NCBI GenBank assembly: GCA_050084985.1
Contig: JBITNC010000001.1
Location: 50,654,001 to 50,718,000 of the forward strand
Source: Nageia nagi
Taxonomy: Eukaryota; Plantae; Pinophyta
Direction: 5' to 3'
DNA length: 64,000 bases
Of the stretch, positions 12,378 through 25,372 are shown piece after piece; position 1 is the stretch's first letter, and each line of letters starts with the position of its first letter. A model generated the notes under the pieces. That model made no database searches, had not been told where the DNA came from, and saw only the letters and a list, made by a program, of their open reading frames with translations. A program made the translations under genes and the position numbers.

Positions 12378-13815
12378 GGGTATGCGACAATATCCACCAT
12401 GGAGAGACAATGCATTCAACTTCACTTTCAGGATGTTCCATCCAAACTAGGATTGTTCCAGGCCTTGGTCACACCCATAGCCTTGTATGGGATTGAGATT
12501 TGGGGCTCTATCTTGAGAGTTGCGGACTGGACCTCGCTGGAGCGGATCTTGGTCACTTTCCTTTCTTGTTTCATTTGGAGTAAGCGAACAATCCCACATC
12601 TTATCATTCTTGTGGAGTTTGATTGTCAACTCCTCTTGGTGTGGGCCCTTGCTCTCATAGTCCTCTATCTTCGTCCCCTCCAACATTTATCTGCCTGTAG
12701 GGGGGATACAGATAGGCTTCTGATTCGAGCTCTGGCCTTATCAATTGATCTAGCTAGGTAAGGTTGTCATAGATGTTGGTTTGCGGAGATTTAGAAGATG
12801 CTTTAGAGATTTGGTTTTTCTCCAAAGAGATTATCGATACCACCGAAGGACTCATCTAGGACCCAAGTTGAGTCTTTAACCACAATCCGAGAGGTTATAT
12901 ACAAGGCTTTCATTCAGACCTCCTGGGTGTCTCCCCCACGAACATTGACACCCAAGTTGGATCACTATGCACGACACTACCTTCAGATTGATAGAGGTTT
13001 GATCCGGGTACACCTATCTACATCTCCCTCTTGATTGAGGATGTTCCTCAGACAGTTTCAAGTTTGCTCTCAGCAGCTGAGGATTGAGATACACAACCAC
13101 ATAGATCGAGATTTGCAAGTATGCCGCCTTTATTCTCATGAGACCAAGACCGAGGACCACTTCGTCTTTCAATGCTCTGTTTATTATGAGATTCAAGGTC
13201 GATATCATTGCCTCTTCCGAGACTCCAGCAAATCGCTAGCCACATTTCTCCAATACCCAGACCAACGTTGCCTAGCACTCTATTTTTGAGAGGCCTTCCT
13301 CCTTTGGAAATGCCTTCTTAAGCGAGCACAGTGTTCGATCGAGGTCCAACGCATCACATCATTTTTTCGAGCTCCCTCTTCTGAAGGAGCTCGTGGGACA
13401 AACCGAGACAAGCCTACTCAACCACTTCGACGGACCAGGGAACGCATCCAGCGCACTCCGAATACATCGTCAACACGAAAGATCACATCCTTCTTCTCAA
13501 TTGTGGACAATACCACAGACATATCTAGCACAGTTCAACGAGAACCCTCTCCGGTGCAAAGAGTACCACCATACTCTCCCCTCCAAAGAGACCCAGGACA
13601 ACCTCCGTTTGGTGGTTCTAGATGATGTTTCCCTTGCCTTCTAGGGTTGGGACCTCTATGTGATTGTATTTGTTTATATCATTTTTATGCTTTTAAGTTT
13701 GTCTCTAGTTGCTGCCCATCTTGGGTTTTGCTGGCATCATGAGCATGATTGTACTTGACAGTCCCACTAACCACTTTTGGTCATCTGTGTACATTAATAT
13801 ACTTTCTTTCTTTCT
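12378..13815 (+). mobile_element. RTEX-like LINE, 3' part (first 490 bp duplicate 2094-2583), with 3' UTR and (TTTC)n tail
   Basis: C-terminal QLRIE..VCRLY..TEDHFVFQCSVYYEIQGRY; ends GTACTTGACAGTCCC...ACATTAATATACTTTCTTTCTTTC. Confidence 0.9.
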
Positions 13816-14339
13816 ACCCATTTTATCTTTGTTATAGATGATGCATTGTTGTTATTCAAAGTGTAGCTTGTAGTCTTTTTCCAGCATTTGCTCAGTACTC
13901 AAAAAGTTTTATTTCAACTTGATGTATGATGAGTGTTGTCAAAATGGATTTTCCTATCTTTTGTAGCTTCATCTATTCTCCCTAATCTTTTTACATCTAA
14001 AGCCTTATCATTGCCCAATTTTGCTTTATTTTTGTAGTTTTTATCCATTTCTGTAAAAGCATCTCAACTAGTCATGTGATTTGAACCTACACTATCAAGA
14101 AATTATAATTGCATATTCGATTGTCTTTATCAATTTTATTGCATGAAAGAGACATATTACCTTTCTTGGCCTCCTTGTAGACAACCATCTATTAGTTGTT
14201 TATTGTCAAAGCATTGTAGATGATCTCTTATTACCACTTTCCTCTCTACTACTAATAGTCCTTCAACATTGGATGTTACGAGCAATTCAAGTGGCAACTT
14301 TGGGTTCTCCCTCATGATGATCCAACACAATCCTTCCAT

Positions 14340-14732
14340 TTCATTTCAAGGTTTTCTCTCACCGCCATTCTCAATTCCTAAACAGGACCTTTCATGGTGG
14401 TCAATGTTGTACTTGATGGTTCTTCGGATCTGTGCTTTACTCTAGGCTTCTGATAGCGCTTTGTTTAGCGTTGTGCTCCTTCTCTTTGATGTCTTTTATT
14501 TCTACTTTCTTCACCTTCTCTTAGATGGACCCTCCCCTCTCGCTTTTGTAATTTAGGAGCATGTTTTTGGGCATTTTTTTCTCCCCTTATCCCTTTGTTT
14601 TTTTGAAGTTAGTTTTGTTTATTGAGGTTTTTTACCACTAATTCATCTCTATATCTTTGGTTGTACTTTTAAGTCCCTTTGACCATTTTGGACACCTAAG
14701 GACATTAATATAATTTCTTTCTTTCTTTCTTT
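14340..14732 (+). mobile_element. Short 5'-truncated copy of the RTEX-like LINE 3' end (5' boundary uncertain)
   Basis: GTAC..GTCCCTTTGACCATTTTGGACACCTAAGGACATTAATA followed by a (TTTC)n tail at 14663-14732. Confidence 0.6.
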
Positions 14733-15580
14733 GACTTTCACATGCATCCAAAGAGTGAGTCAAAATATGCTTCCTTCTTTAGTAAGTTACTCTTTTACAA
14801 AAGATGGAGAATGTGAGGTTCATGAAATTTCAAACAATGTATGTAAAACAAATATGCAAGTGTAACTAGGAAGTAGTAAAGCAAACATTTGGGAGTTGGC
14901 AAGCAAGATGAATTATTGCCATATTACATGTATATATAATAACAGCGGAAAAACCAATATGGACATTAGCAAGATATTGTTGAATATAAAGTATAATTGA
15001 GTAGTGATAAATGTATGTGCTAAATAGTTGATAACATATTACAGAATAAAAAAATAGCTAAGCAACATACCTTATGAGACATTATAATACAGAGAGTATC
15101 AACTAAGATCCTGCACTTCTAACTTTTGTTTATTCTCCCCTCAGAAATATAAAGCTTCTACCAACTGAATTCAATATCTCCAGTATGCTCCTATTTACTA
15201 GATATTGCAATATTTACTCTTCCTTTTAAGTTAATCTCTTTTATTCTAGTTCAATATGGAACCAAAACAGAAACTTTCAAGACATCATTGTAACAAATTA
15301 AAGAGCTACAAGAAAAATGTAACATAATAAAAATCTCGCAGAACCCTAGGGTTACATTTTATTCAGGATTCAACTCTAAAGCCAAGTTAAAACTACAAAT
15401 ACAAACTCCAAACTGCACTCATCATTTCAACTTCTCTGCAACTTATGTCTCCCAGAATCTTCAATTTGTGTAAACAGTTATTGGGGTTGTTCAAGTCCTC
15501 AAATAATATATTGCACATTGATCTTTGATTTTCGTATGCTACTTTTGAACTTTTAAAAAGAACAAAACATGAAACCTTAC

Positions 15581-15655
15581 CTGGATTTCAATTCCAGCTT
15601 GTGAAGCTTTCTCAAACAATCTGTTCACACGTTCTCCATCTTCTAACATATGTTC
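15581..15655 (-). CDS. GC1: GC1/GUCD1-like gene, coding exon 4 (EHMLEDGERVNRLFEKASQAGIEIQ)
   Basis: 75 nt, ACAG| acceptor, CAG|GTAAG donor, phase 0/0. Matches the segment following ...ETFYK in Arabidopsis GC1 as I recall it. Confidence 0.85.
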
Positions 15656-16329
15656 CTGTTTGTCCATATTGATAGTGAGACTTAAAAAACAAGCTAAACC
15701 CTATAGTTGAGAAGGATCACTCAAGAAGTTCCACTTTCATTCAATTCAAAAATGTATACACAACACAAAAAATATACAATCTAAATAAAGAATACCACCT
15801 TACTACCTAGTGTCAGACAGATCTCATATGAAAGCTTGCAAATAACCATATAAAAATAAAGCTATGAGAACATCAAATGCATGACAGTTTCAGTTTATAA
15901 TAAAGAAAAACTTCTAGAATAAACTGCTTCAAAACAAAAAAAAAAATGACTCAATCTTTTAGATCACACTGCAATCCATCATTAGTATACAATGATGAGA
16001 AGACATGCAAGATCAGGCCCACATAAATAATATGAGTTGGGAAGTCTCGAGAATACTGAATTTAAAACAATGCATTTTATTAAGGTCAAAAACAGGATTT
16101 GAAAGGACACGAACCTTTTACACGTTTGATATGCTGATCAGAAACATGCTAAATTATAAAATAGCTTTGACCATACCTTTTCATAATCAAGAATCACCTA
16201 ACATCAAAGGGTATTTGGTTGTTCTTTTTGAACAGCCTGCATTACAACATGGTGAATATCATCAGGCATGATTCATCTATGATCCAGATTTGCCAAATTA
16301 GCTAGTATATGCTCTATTATCTTCTCAGA

Positions 16330-16797
16330 GGATGTGTCTCACTTCTACTTCCTAAAAATACTGAAGACATCTCTTAATATCTTCAAAGGTATTACCAAGG
16401 AGCCAATTGGTTTTGTTCTCTCCCTTAAAACAATTAATAATATTCATTGAATCCCCTTCAACTATTAATTTTGAAGCTCCTAAGTTTTTTGCCAATTTGA
16501 GTCCTAATAGAGCTCTCCCTTCTGATTGATGACTAGATGGTTTCCATATGTATTCACATACTACTCCTTTGGATTCTCCTTTCTCATCTCTCAGTATTGC
16601 CCCTGCCCCTGCTTCCCCAGGTTACCTTTGGAAGCACCATCAAAGTTCATCTTTAACCAACCTTCCAGAGGAGGCAGCCATTTCGTGTTGACTCTTAATG
16701 AATTCTTCTCAGTATTCATTATTCTCAATGGCTGCAAGTTCCAGATGCTGCCGATCCTTACTAACTCAACTGATTCTGTTTTAATTTTAAAACTTAT
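16330..16797 (-). mobile_element. Plant L1 LINE fragment, RNase H-like C-terminus
   Basis: KWLPPLEGWLKMNFDGASKGNLG; likely the same L1 copy as 18480-19260, split by a LINE insertion. Confidence 0.75.
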
Positions 16798-18479
16798 AGT
16801 CTTGAGTCCACTGATCCAAATATAGGCTGCCCCCTTCATGGTAGCCATGTACCCATCCTCCTTTTTGCAAACGATATTATACTACTCTCCCACTCAGCTG
16901 AGGGCCTACAGATTGATTGATGTGTTAGATTCCTTCAGAGCTAGACAGGAATTGGTGGTGAACCTTAGTAAGACTAAGTTTGTGGCCTTCAATGTTTCAA
17001 GGGCCACGCTAGATTAGACCCAAATCACCTTTTGTGATAATACCATTGAGACCACCACTTCCTACAACTACCTGGGAGTGCTCTTTGCGGGGCCCAGGTT
17101 CATGAGGATAGCAGTCCCCCCCTAGAGTCCGTCGAGGTTACACCACAATATCTATCTTAGAGAGACAGTGCATTCAGCTACACTTTTAGGACATTCCATC
17201 CAAGCTACAGCTATTTCAAACTTTAGTTATACCCATAGTTTTTTATGGTATTGAGATTTGGGGACCCATCTTGACAGCAGGGGACTGGACCACAGTGAAG
17301 AAGATATTGGTCAATACGCTATCATGCTCCATTCGAAGCAAGAGGATGATGCCTCACCCTGTCATGCTTGTAGAGTTTGGATGCCAACCTTTCCAAGTGA
17401 GAGCCATCGCCGCCATAGCCATGTACCTCAGTCACCTACACAAATTATCTTGTTGTGGTGATGCTAGGATACCTTCCAAAGCTCTAGCTTCCACGATGGA
17501 CTTAACCGCCTAGGGTTGTCGTCGATGTTGGTTTGCGAAGGTTAACAAGTCCCTTCAAAGATTCGGTTTCTCTCCTAACAAGTTACCCATGCCTTTGAGA
17601 GATTCAACTAGCCCCTTGGTTGATTCCTTGACTACGATTTATGAGACGATATACAAAGCCTTCATTTAGCATATTTGGAACTCACAAGATCAACCTTTGT
17701 CACCCAAGTTAGCACCTTATTCTCAACAGTACCTTCAGATTGACCGTGGAGTGTTCTCCCCTCCTTGTTACATCAACCTGCATCTTTCCCTCAAATTGAG
17801 GATGTTCCTAGGACAGTTTCAAGTTTGCTCCCATCAGTTAAGGATCAAGACAAAACACCACTTAGTTTGGGACCTGCAAGTTTGTCGCCTTTGCTAGGAA
17901 GATACCATTGTCTCTTCAGAGACACATAGATCATTGTCCACATTCTTTCAGTACCCCAATGAGCAAAGCTTAGCTCTTTATCTTTGATAGACCTTCCTTC
18001 TTTGAAAGCATCTTATGTCCAACACTCAACATTCGACATGCCACCATCGCATCACATCCTTTTTCGAGCTTCTGCCCCTAAGAGGGGACATAGGAGATGG
18101 TGTGTCGATCGTCATCTCTCTACATGTCGTACTAGGAGGCCTCTCTAAGACCCACTAGCCCCTTGAGTAGTCAACATATCACATCATTCTTCCCCTCCAG
18201 TAGCACTACCACGGATATGGATCTTAGCAACTAGCATACTCATTAGAGTAGGACCAAGATGACACTTAGTGGGTCATGTTTACTTTTAGATTGTTAGCTT
18301 ATTTAGGGTTTAGATCATCCTTTTATAGATATTTTTGCACTCGACTCTCTTATTATTTTATGTTTTCTTAAGTAAGAACCCTTTAGGTACTTTGCTGGTG
18401 AGTGGATCATGATTGTACTTGACAGTCACATTGAACGCTTTCGGTCACCCAAGGACATTAATATACTTTCTTTCTTTCT
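16798..18479 (+). mobile_element. RTEX-like LINE, 5'-truncated, nested in the L1
   Basis: Homologous to 1770-2580 and 12378-13815; conserved 3' motif at 18415 plus (TTTC)n. Confidence 0.85.
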
Positions 18480-19260
18480 CCTATTGCCTGTTTAATCAAC
18501 ATAATGATTCTTTTTTGGTTTTGGAATATTCTCCTATTCCTTTCTTTCCATTTAACCAAGTATATTGAAAAGGAATCAGACTCCAAATACTATTAATTCT
18601 TGGACTATTAAAAGGATTTGCTCACTGCTCTATCCATCTAAGAATAGTATTTTCCAATTTGGTAATACCCAGTTAATACCTTCCATATTCATGGTTGATT
18701 GAAGTACCTCCATAGAAAATTCACTCTCCATGAAAATATGGTATACATCACCCTGCTTCTCACACAAACATCTATTTGGTATTTGGAAACCTCTCTTCTG
18801 CAAATTATCAATAGTAAGTACCTTGTTTTGCACAACTGTCCAAAGGAAAACCTTTTGCTTTGGGATAGCTTTTGAAACCCAAATTTTATTCCATGGAAAT
18901 CCATTTTTTGTGGACTTTTCAATTAGATCATGAGCTGTTTTAACCATGAAATTCCCACTCTTAGTATTCCCCCAACAAACTGAATTTTGCTGCTGTTCCA
19001 AGCTAATATAAAAGGCTTTGAGTTTTAACATTAATTATTCTAGTACCTCTTTATGGTCCTGTACTCATTATAAATCTTCCATTTCCATATTTTCCATATA
19101 GTAATGAAGATGTATCTCATATCTCATTTCTAGATCATACTTCAAAGAATTCAACCCATCAATGGAAGCTAAAGCAATTTTCTAACCAGGCATCTTCTCA
19201 AAATTTAACTTATCTTCCTCTACCCAATTTCCACTGTACTCCTGCCCTGACTACATTTCT
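18480..19260 (-). mobile_element. Plant L1 LINE fragment, zf-RVT region
   Basis: SGNFMVKTAH..PWNKIWVSKAIPKQKVFLWTVVQNKVLTIDNLQKRGFQIPNRC. Confidence 0.8.
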
Positions 19261-19442
19261 TGCTGCTGATATGTTATTCCATATGGCAACATTGTTTTAC
19301 ATTTAACTTACAATGATAGAAAACCATGGGTACTCATAGGAACTTAAACAAATCATTAAATATTAATTTAAACCAAGTATATTAATGATTTGTATTTAAT
19401 TACATAGAGAATGTAAAATTGTAATCAATGTGCCCAAAGCAA

Positions 19443-19790
19443 TTAATTTGGAGCAGTCCTAACAATATCATAATGTGGTGTCCATGAATGACTGAGCTCC
19501 ATTTCATCATCCCTGTTAATGTTATTTGGATGTTTTTCGATTTCAATCACTTGTCTGATCTTCCTTTTTAAGCAATATTCCTCTTCAGCAATAAGTTCAG
19601 TGTTCTCAATACAGAAAAAGGTGGTTGCTTTCCACTGCATGATCTGCTAACACTGGTTACCATGTCCAGTTATTCTTGTATGCTACTTAATGTGTGTATG
19701 GAATCTGGATTGATTTTCACTAGGCACTGTAAGTTTATTGAATCTGTCAATTTATCTCACATGTTTGCAATGAACAGTCAGAGTAAGGTT
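19443..19790 (-). mobile_element. Penelope-like element fragment, GIY-YIG endonuclease C-terminus
   Basis: SVLADHAVESNH..ENTELIAEE..KRKIRQVIEIEKHPNNINRDD.MELSHSW, typical of PLE endonuclease ends. Confidence 0.7.
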
Positions 19791-20199
19791 ATACCTCCCC
19801 AGGTACCACCCCCAATTCTGCTATAAAACCTTACCACATTGTTCTGTTCTTCCATGTGAGTATCAAGATTTCTTGAACATTGTTACTTCTCTCAGGGTCT
19901 TTGTCAGAAACACTTCTACAATTGTCAATGACAGTACGACCTTCATCTAGAGACATCACATTGCATACATATGTTTTTACCAAACAACAGAAGTTGCCTA
20001 CCCATGTTAAATTACTTTATCCACATACAAAAGTGCAAGCCCTAACTAATCTCAAAATAGTCCATTAATGTTAGCTAAACAAATTTGTAACTCTCTGAAA
20101 GATAGTCTTAATTACTAGGGCTTATAGATAAACAAATTTCTATGGATTTAACTGGAAATTCACATACATTGAAGCTACTAACCCTTCTCACCCTCGAGT

Positions 20200-20500
20200 G
20201 AGTCTATATTTTCTATGATGCAAGAAAAGACTTACTATAAATAGGTGGGATAAACCACAAATTGGTTCTTTTGATGTATTTTGATCTTCTACGAAATTGT
20301 GGCCATGTAATAACCTTTTGTAGCTACAAAACCAAATGAAGCAATTAGAGTCTATACATTTTCTATGATGCAAGAAAAGACTTACTACAAATAGATGGGA
20401 TAGTCCACAAATCGGTTCTTTTGATGTATTTTGATCTTCTATGAAATTGTGGCCATGTAATAACCTTTTGTAGCTACAAAACCAAGTGAAGCAATTATAG
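20200..20500 (+). repeat. ~150-bp tandem duplication (2 copies)
   Basis: GAGTCTAT..TTTTCTATGATGCAAGAAAAGAC starts at 20200 and 20348. Confidence 0.9.
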
Positions 20501-21554
20501 TCCACAGAATCCACGCTCTACAAATTCATCTTTGAACTACAAAACCAAAGCTCTACAGAGAACCAATGTTCGATGGGACATGTTCTGTAGCAATGGAACC
20601 AAAGCTTTATTCCAGAGCCATGAGTTTGGCAATCTACAGAATCATATCTTATGCTCTGAAAATGATTCAGGTATTCAATGTACACAATTGGGGAATCAAT
20701 TTAGACTGGGACAAGAAATGATTCAGGTGGTCAACAACTACGCTAATTAAAGAGAACATTGAACAACATTCATGTGAAGCTACCAGCAAGATTAACAAAC
20801 AAAGGAATCTTCCATGCTGGATTTCTATTTACCATTGTAACAAAAGACAGTACTTTCCTAAATATATAATTTCATCTTCTAGACAGAATTGTGATTTGTT
20901 AAGAGTCTTGTGAAAACCCTTTTTACTGCAGAGATCAAAAATAGATTTCTATTGTAACTAGTTCTTGTTTTTACCAGTTAATGTTAATACAGTTTCGGTC
21001 GTATTCTCCTGCGCCCCCATGCGAATCCACACTTGAGCTCCCATGTGTGCTCCACACTGGTGCCCTCGTGCAACCATGACCACCACACTGGAACCCCAAA
21101 GCAACCCCCACACTGCTGTCCTCGCACAACCCCCACACAGCCCATGCATTGGAGCCCCCATGCGATCCCCACACTCGTGCCCCCATGCAAACCCCACACC
21201 ACAACTTTAGAGCCCCAACGTGACTGCAATTACCCCACTTCCACCAGCATGATGCAATCCGCAGCATCCTCCACCATCATCGCAACTGCAACTCTTGCAC
21301 CATTGTGTTTGCAACTCTTGCTTCCACCACCGTGGCTAGCTACACCTTCGTAGCCAACATCCACAATGCCACAACTGCAAAGCTTCCTCCATCAAAAGTT
21401 GAACTCCACCCTGACTGTGATCACTTATGCTCCAAACTATGTCAATGACTTCATGATGTTGGTTTCTCCAGCCCGCGTCTATGCCCAAGGTGCTCGCATA
21501 TTCTCTTTAATCAACTTCACGATCTGCATCAACTCCAAGCACAACCGCAAGTCT

Positions 21555-24500
21555 TGTTGTGCCCGCACAACACACCAAAAATGCATGATTTTGAGGACCT
21601 TGTTTTTGCAAATTTGGAGACCTGATTTGGATAAGACAATGAAGGGAATCAACTTGGATGACAAAGAATTGATCATGAGTGTTCTAAAAGAGATGTTACT
21701 GCCAAAGACAGTGCACAAAGGTTATTCACGAGACGAAGTGAGACAATTCAATGTGCCAAACTATCAATCTTGGAGCTTTCAGGATTCCTAACTTCAGAGA
21801 ATGGTGTTTCTAAGCAGTGAGCACAATTTACTTGAAAAATGGTCAAGGGATGAAGAGATGCACTTAATGAATATACGAGATGTGATTTGATAGTAAATTC
21901 AAGGTTTGATAGCATAAGATTATAGGCAATTCAAGATAAGGCATATTTGGGCTTGGAACTTTGTGAAAAGGATCAAAGATGCCTCCTTGAGCCTAAACAT
22001 TAGTTTTTAGGGTCTTAGTGGATTCAAAAGGAGATGGATTGTGTCTACAAAGAAAAGATGAAGTTTTTTATGCAAATTTGATGCAAAATGTAAAGATACC
22101 CTCAAGAGGAGCTTGGAAAAATAGACAAATTTAAACTTACAACTTTCCAATTTCCACCAAAATTGTTCACTCCCTCTCTAGGCGCAGTTTTATGATGTTT
22201 AAAGACTCAAAAGGAGAAAATCAGCGCCTAGAATGGTTGTGCACTCAAAAATGACAAGTTTTTTATCAAAAAAGTGAAACATGGGTAACAAGGAGCAAGA
22301 AAAATCATGCAACTTTGGTCAAGAAAGTGCATCAAAATGACCAATATTGAACATTTGATGGGTAGGCGCAGTTTTTCTAATTTACTCCACTTTGAAAGGT
22401 AAATGAAAGGCCAAGTTTGCGATTCCACACTTCTTGGACCTTGAAAAAGACAAAATGTGGCATATGGGTATTTTGAAGGGCACAAAAATAGACAAATTTA
22501 AGCTTGCAACATTCCACTTTGATCCAAAATTGCTCACTCCCTCCCTAGGTGCAGATTTTTGGTGTTTACCCCCTCAAAAAGAGAAAACATGCACCTAGCA
22601 AGGTTGTGTGTCAAATTTTGAGCTTTGGCAAATGAAAAATTGCAAACATGGGCATTGTGAGGCATAAAAACTTAGAAGTTTCTAAGTAGCTTCAAAACTC
22701 CTCCTCTCCCATATAGGCGCACATTTTCCAATTTCCCCTTTTAGGCAAGTTTGGTGAAGATCATGAGAAAAGGTTCAAAATTGAACCCAAAGGAATGCAA
22801 AATCCAAGACATGGCTATTGTGGGAGATCAATTTCTAAGCACTTTTGCTCTTACAAGTTTACAAATAGGATCAAGATCACTCCTTCCCCATAAAGGCACA
22901 TTTTTCTAGGCTATGGAAATCTTCAAAAAGCGAAAACTTGTGCCTAAGGGGGGAGTGCTTCAAATTTTGACAAAATTTTGATTTTGATTTTGAAGACATG
23001 AGCATGAGTAGGAGGGAAATACAAGCACATTCGCCTTGAATATTTTTGAAAAAAGAGAAAATTATGCAAAGAGGGCCAAGCGCACATTTTCTAGATAAGA
23101 GAACTTGAGAAAAAACGAAAACTTGCACCTAGCAAGCTTGTGCACATGAAAATTTCAAATTTGCAAGTTGGGCAATCAAAAACATGGGTATGGTGAGAAG
23201 TCAAAAATTGGACATTTTTGCTCTTGGATGTTTCCTAAAGGCATCAAAATGAATCCTCTCCCACCTACGTGCAGATTTTCTAGCTTTACCCCCTCAAAAG
23301 AAGAAAACATGAGCCTAGCAAGGTTGTGCACATGAAAAATCTCAAATTTACAACTTCACCAATGAAAACTTCAAGACATGGGTATTGTGGAACATCAAAA
23401 ACCAAGTCTATTTACTCTTGCAACATTCCAATTTGCATCAAAGTAGCCTCCTACCCATCTAGGTGCACATTTTCCAATTTACTCCCTTTTGATGCATGTT
23501 CAAAGGCCAAAAATCTTCCTTAGCATGCAAAAAACCCTGCAGAGCATACAAAATGCACCTTAAAGAAGGAAAGCAGCAAATTCAATGGCCGAAGAGGTGT
23601 GAGAAGAGTCAAAACTTTACAAATACAAGATCAAACCCTCCATTTACCCAACAAACACTCCATTTTCCTCCCCAAGCATGCATTTTGAACCCAAATGACA
23701 TGAAAAAAAGATGCAAAATTCACAAATTTTAGAAAATGATTGTAAGAATGGATTTGAGTACCCACTTCCATTGTGTTGAAGATAGTATGGATTGAAATTG
23801 AAAAAAAATGATCACAAGTGTGATTTTTCAAGCAAAATGCACATTTTTAGGCTTTGCATGCACCAAAAACCCAAATTGCCTTGGATGCTTTTAACCAAAG
23901 AAGAAAAATGGCTGCCCATGCTCAAAACATGTTTTGAAAACCCCAAATTCTCCAAAAACTTGGCAAATGCCTTGTTGATCCATTCCTCACCCTTCCATGG
24001 CCTCAAAATCACTTTCTAAAAATTTTCTAAAATTACCCCCCCTCTCCAATTTCCAAGACAATAGACCAAAAAATCCACTTTTTTGAAAACTCTTCTCAAA
24101 ATTGCTTGAAAATTTGCCAAGATGTTCACATGAAGGGTGAATCCAGATTGAAAGAAAAGAGCTCAAAAAGTTGGCGAATAAATCCAAAATAATGATTTGA
24201 AGCTCCAAATTTTGCCAAATTGATGCAAAACACCTCAAGATCCATTGCAAAAGGCTCCAATTTCTAGAAATAGTTTATTTTTAAGCAAAATGAGTGGATG
24301 AGTGTTTTTATCCCACTAAACAAAATTGTAATCTCAATTTAGCATTCAATTAGCACTTAAGTTTTTGCAAAATTAGAAATTAGGATTTCCAAGAAAAGTC
24401 TATAAATAGACCCTAGGGTCTCATTTGTTAAGAGCTCAATCCTTGAGAAAAGAAACTTTTGTAAAGAGAGAGCACACTTGTATACTCTTGCGCAACTCCT

Positions 24501-25372
24501 TTTACAAGCAATACAAAGTGGTTCAATTATAGACCAAGGTTGATCATACATTTTTCGTGTTGTGAGTTGAATCTTGAAAGGCTTTCTTAGTTGGTTTGTA
24601 CACTTTTGCATCCTTCCTTTGAAAACTTACGAGCCTTAGGTAAAATATCATTGCATTATTTAACAAAGTGTTTGAAACTAGTCTTTGATAGTTGCTTAAT
24701 TCATGACATGCATGTTAGGCAAAGTATTATGAATTTGTTTCCACTTTTATAATATCAAACTAGGATTTTTTATCCAAACTCTAAAGTTCTTCCCACATGT
24801 TCTTCCAACATGTCCATTTGATTGATTTGGTCCATTCACACGAGTACCAACAATCAACTTTACTTCACTCTCCTCTTTGAAACAACTCGAACAATAGTTG
24901 TTTGTTTGCAAAGTTGGATGACTTGGATGAAACTTTCTTAATTGATCCAAAAGGGATAAACTGTTTCAACAATGCTTTTGTCATGTTGATCAATTTAGTA
25001 CCTAACCAAGCATTTTGTTTCTTCCTCAAAGTGCATCTTTGCAATTTACTGTATTGCCTTTATGCTTTTAAAATTCAAATACAACTTCTAAATTTATACA
25101 CAAGTGTGACAAATAAACTCTATATATAATATGTTGGTTAACAATTGCTATCTCTAAACATTCCAATCAAGCTCATTCCTGAAGAGAAAGACTTCAAAGA
25201 GATAAGAAAGACTTGAATAGCATTCATTTGTTTGTTTTGAAGATTTCACAGAAACCTTGGGGTAATCAGTCCTTACAAGTGGGGAATAAGTAACGCATTT
25301 CCACCTAAGATGTTGGGTAGTTTCCACCTCCAATGATTCAGAGTTATCAAGGGAAAGAAATCCTTCCCAACA
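21555..25372 (+). mobile_element. Solo-LTR-like unit A (3.8 kb)
   Basis: TGTTG...CAACA ends; degenerate TSD AGTCT/AATCC; both termini homologous to units B and C; CTATAAATAG at ~24400. Confidence 0.7.
22170..23480 (+). repeat. Degenerate ~180-bp-period array of inverted motif pairs (TAGGYGCA...TGCRCCTA)
   Basis: Motif starts at ~22178, 22362, 22545, 22713, 22893, 23077, 23265, 23459. Confidence 0.7.

Noticed and set aside
14157-14339. Next GC1 exon (donor-like AAAG|GTAAT)
   Set aside because: The frames I translated do not resemble the expected GC1 continuation.
15071-15110. 40-nt poison exon (DLS*) after GC1 exon 4
   Set aside because: The donor AAG|GTATGT is good, but the acceptor has a purine-rich upstream tract and there is no homology support; RNA data would be needed.
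20958-21353. Overlapping Gly/Pro/His-rich ORFs
   Set aside because: Degenerate C-rich short repeats at the presumed LINE 5' end.
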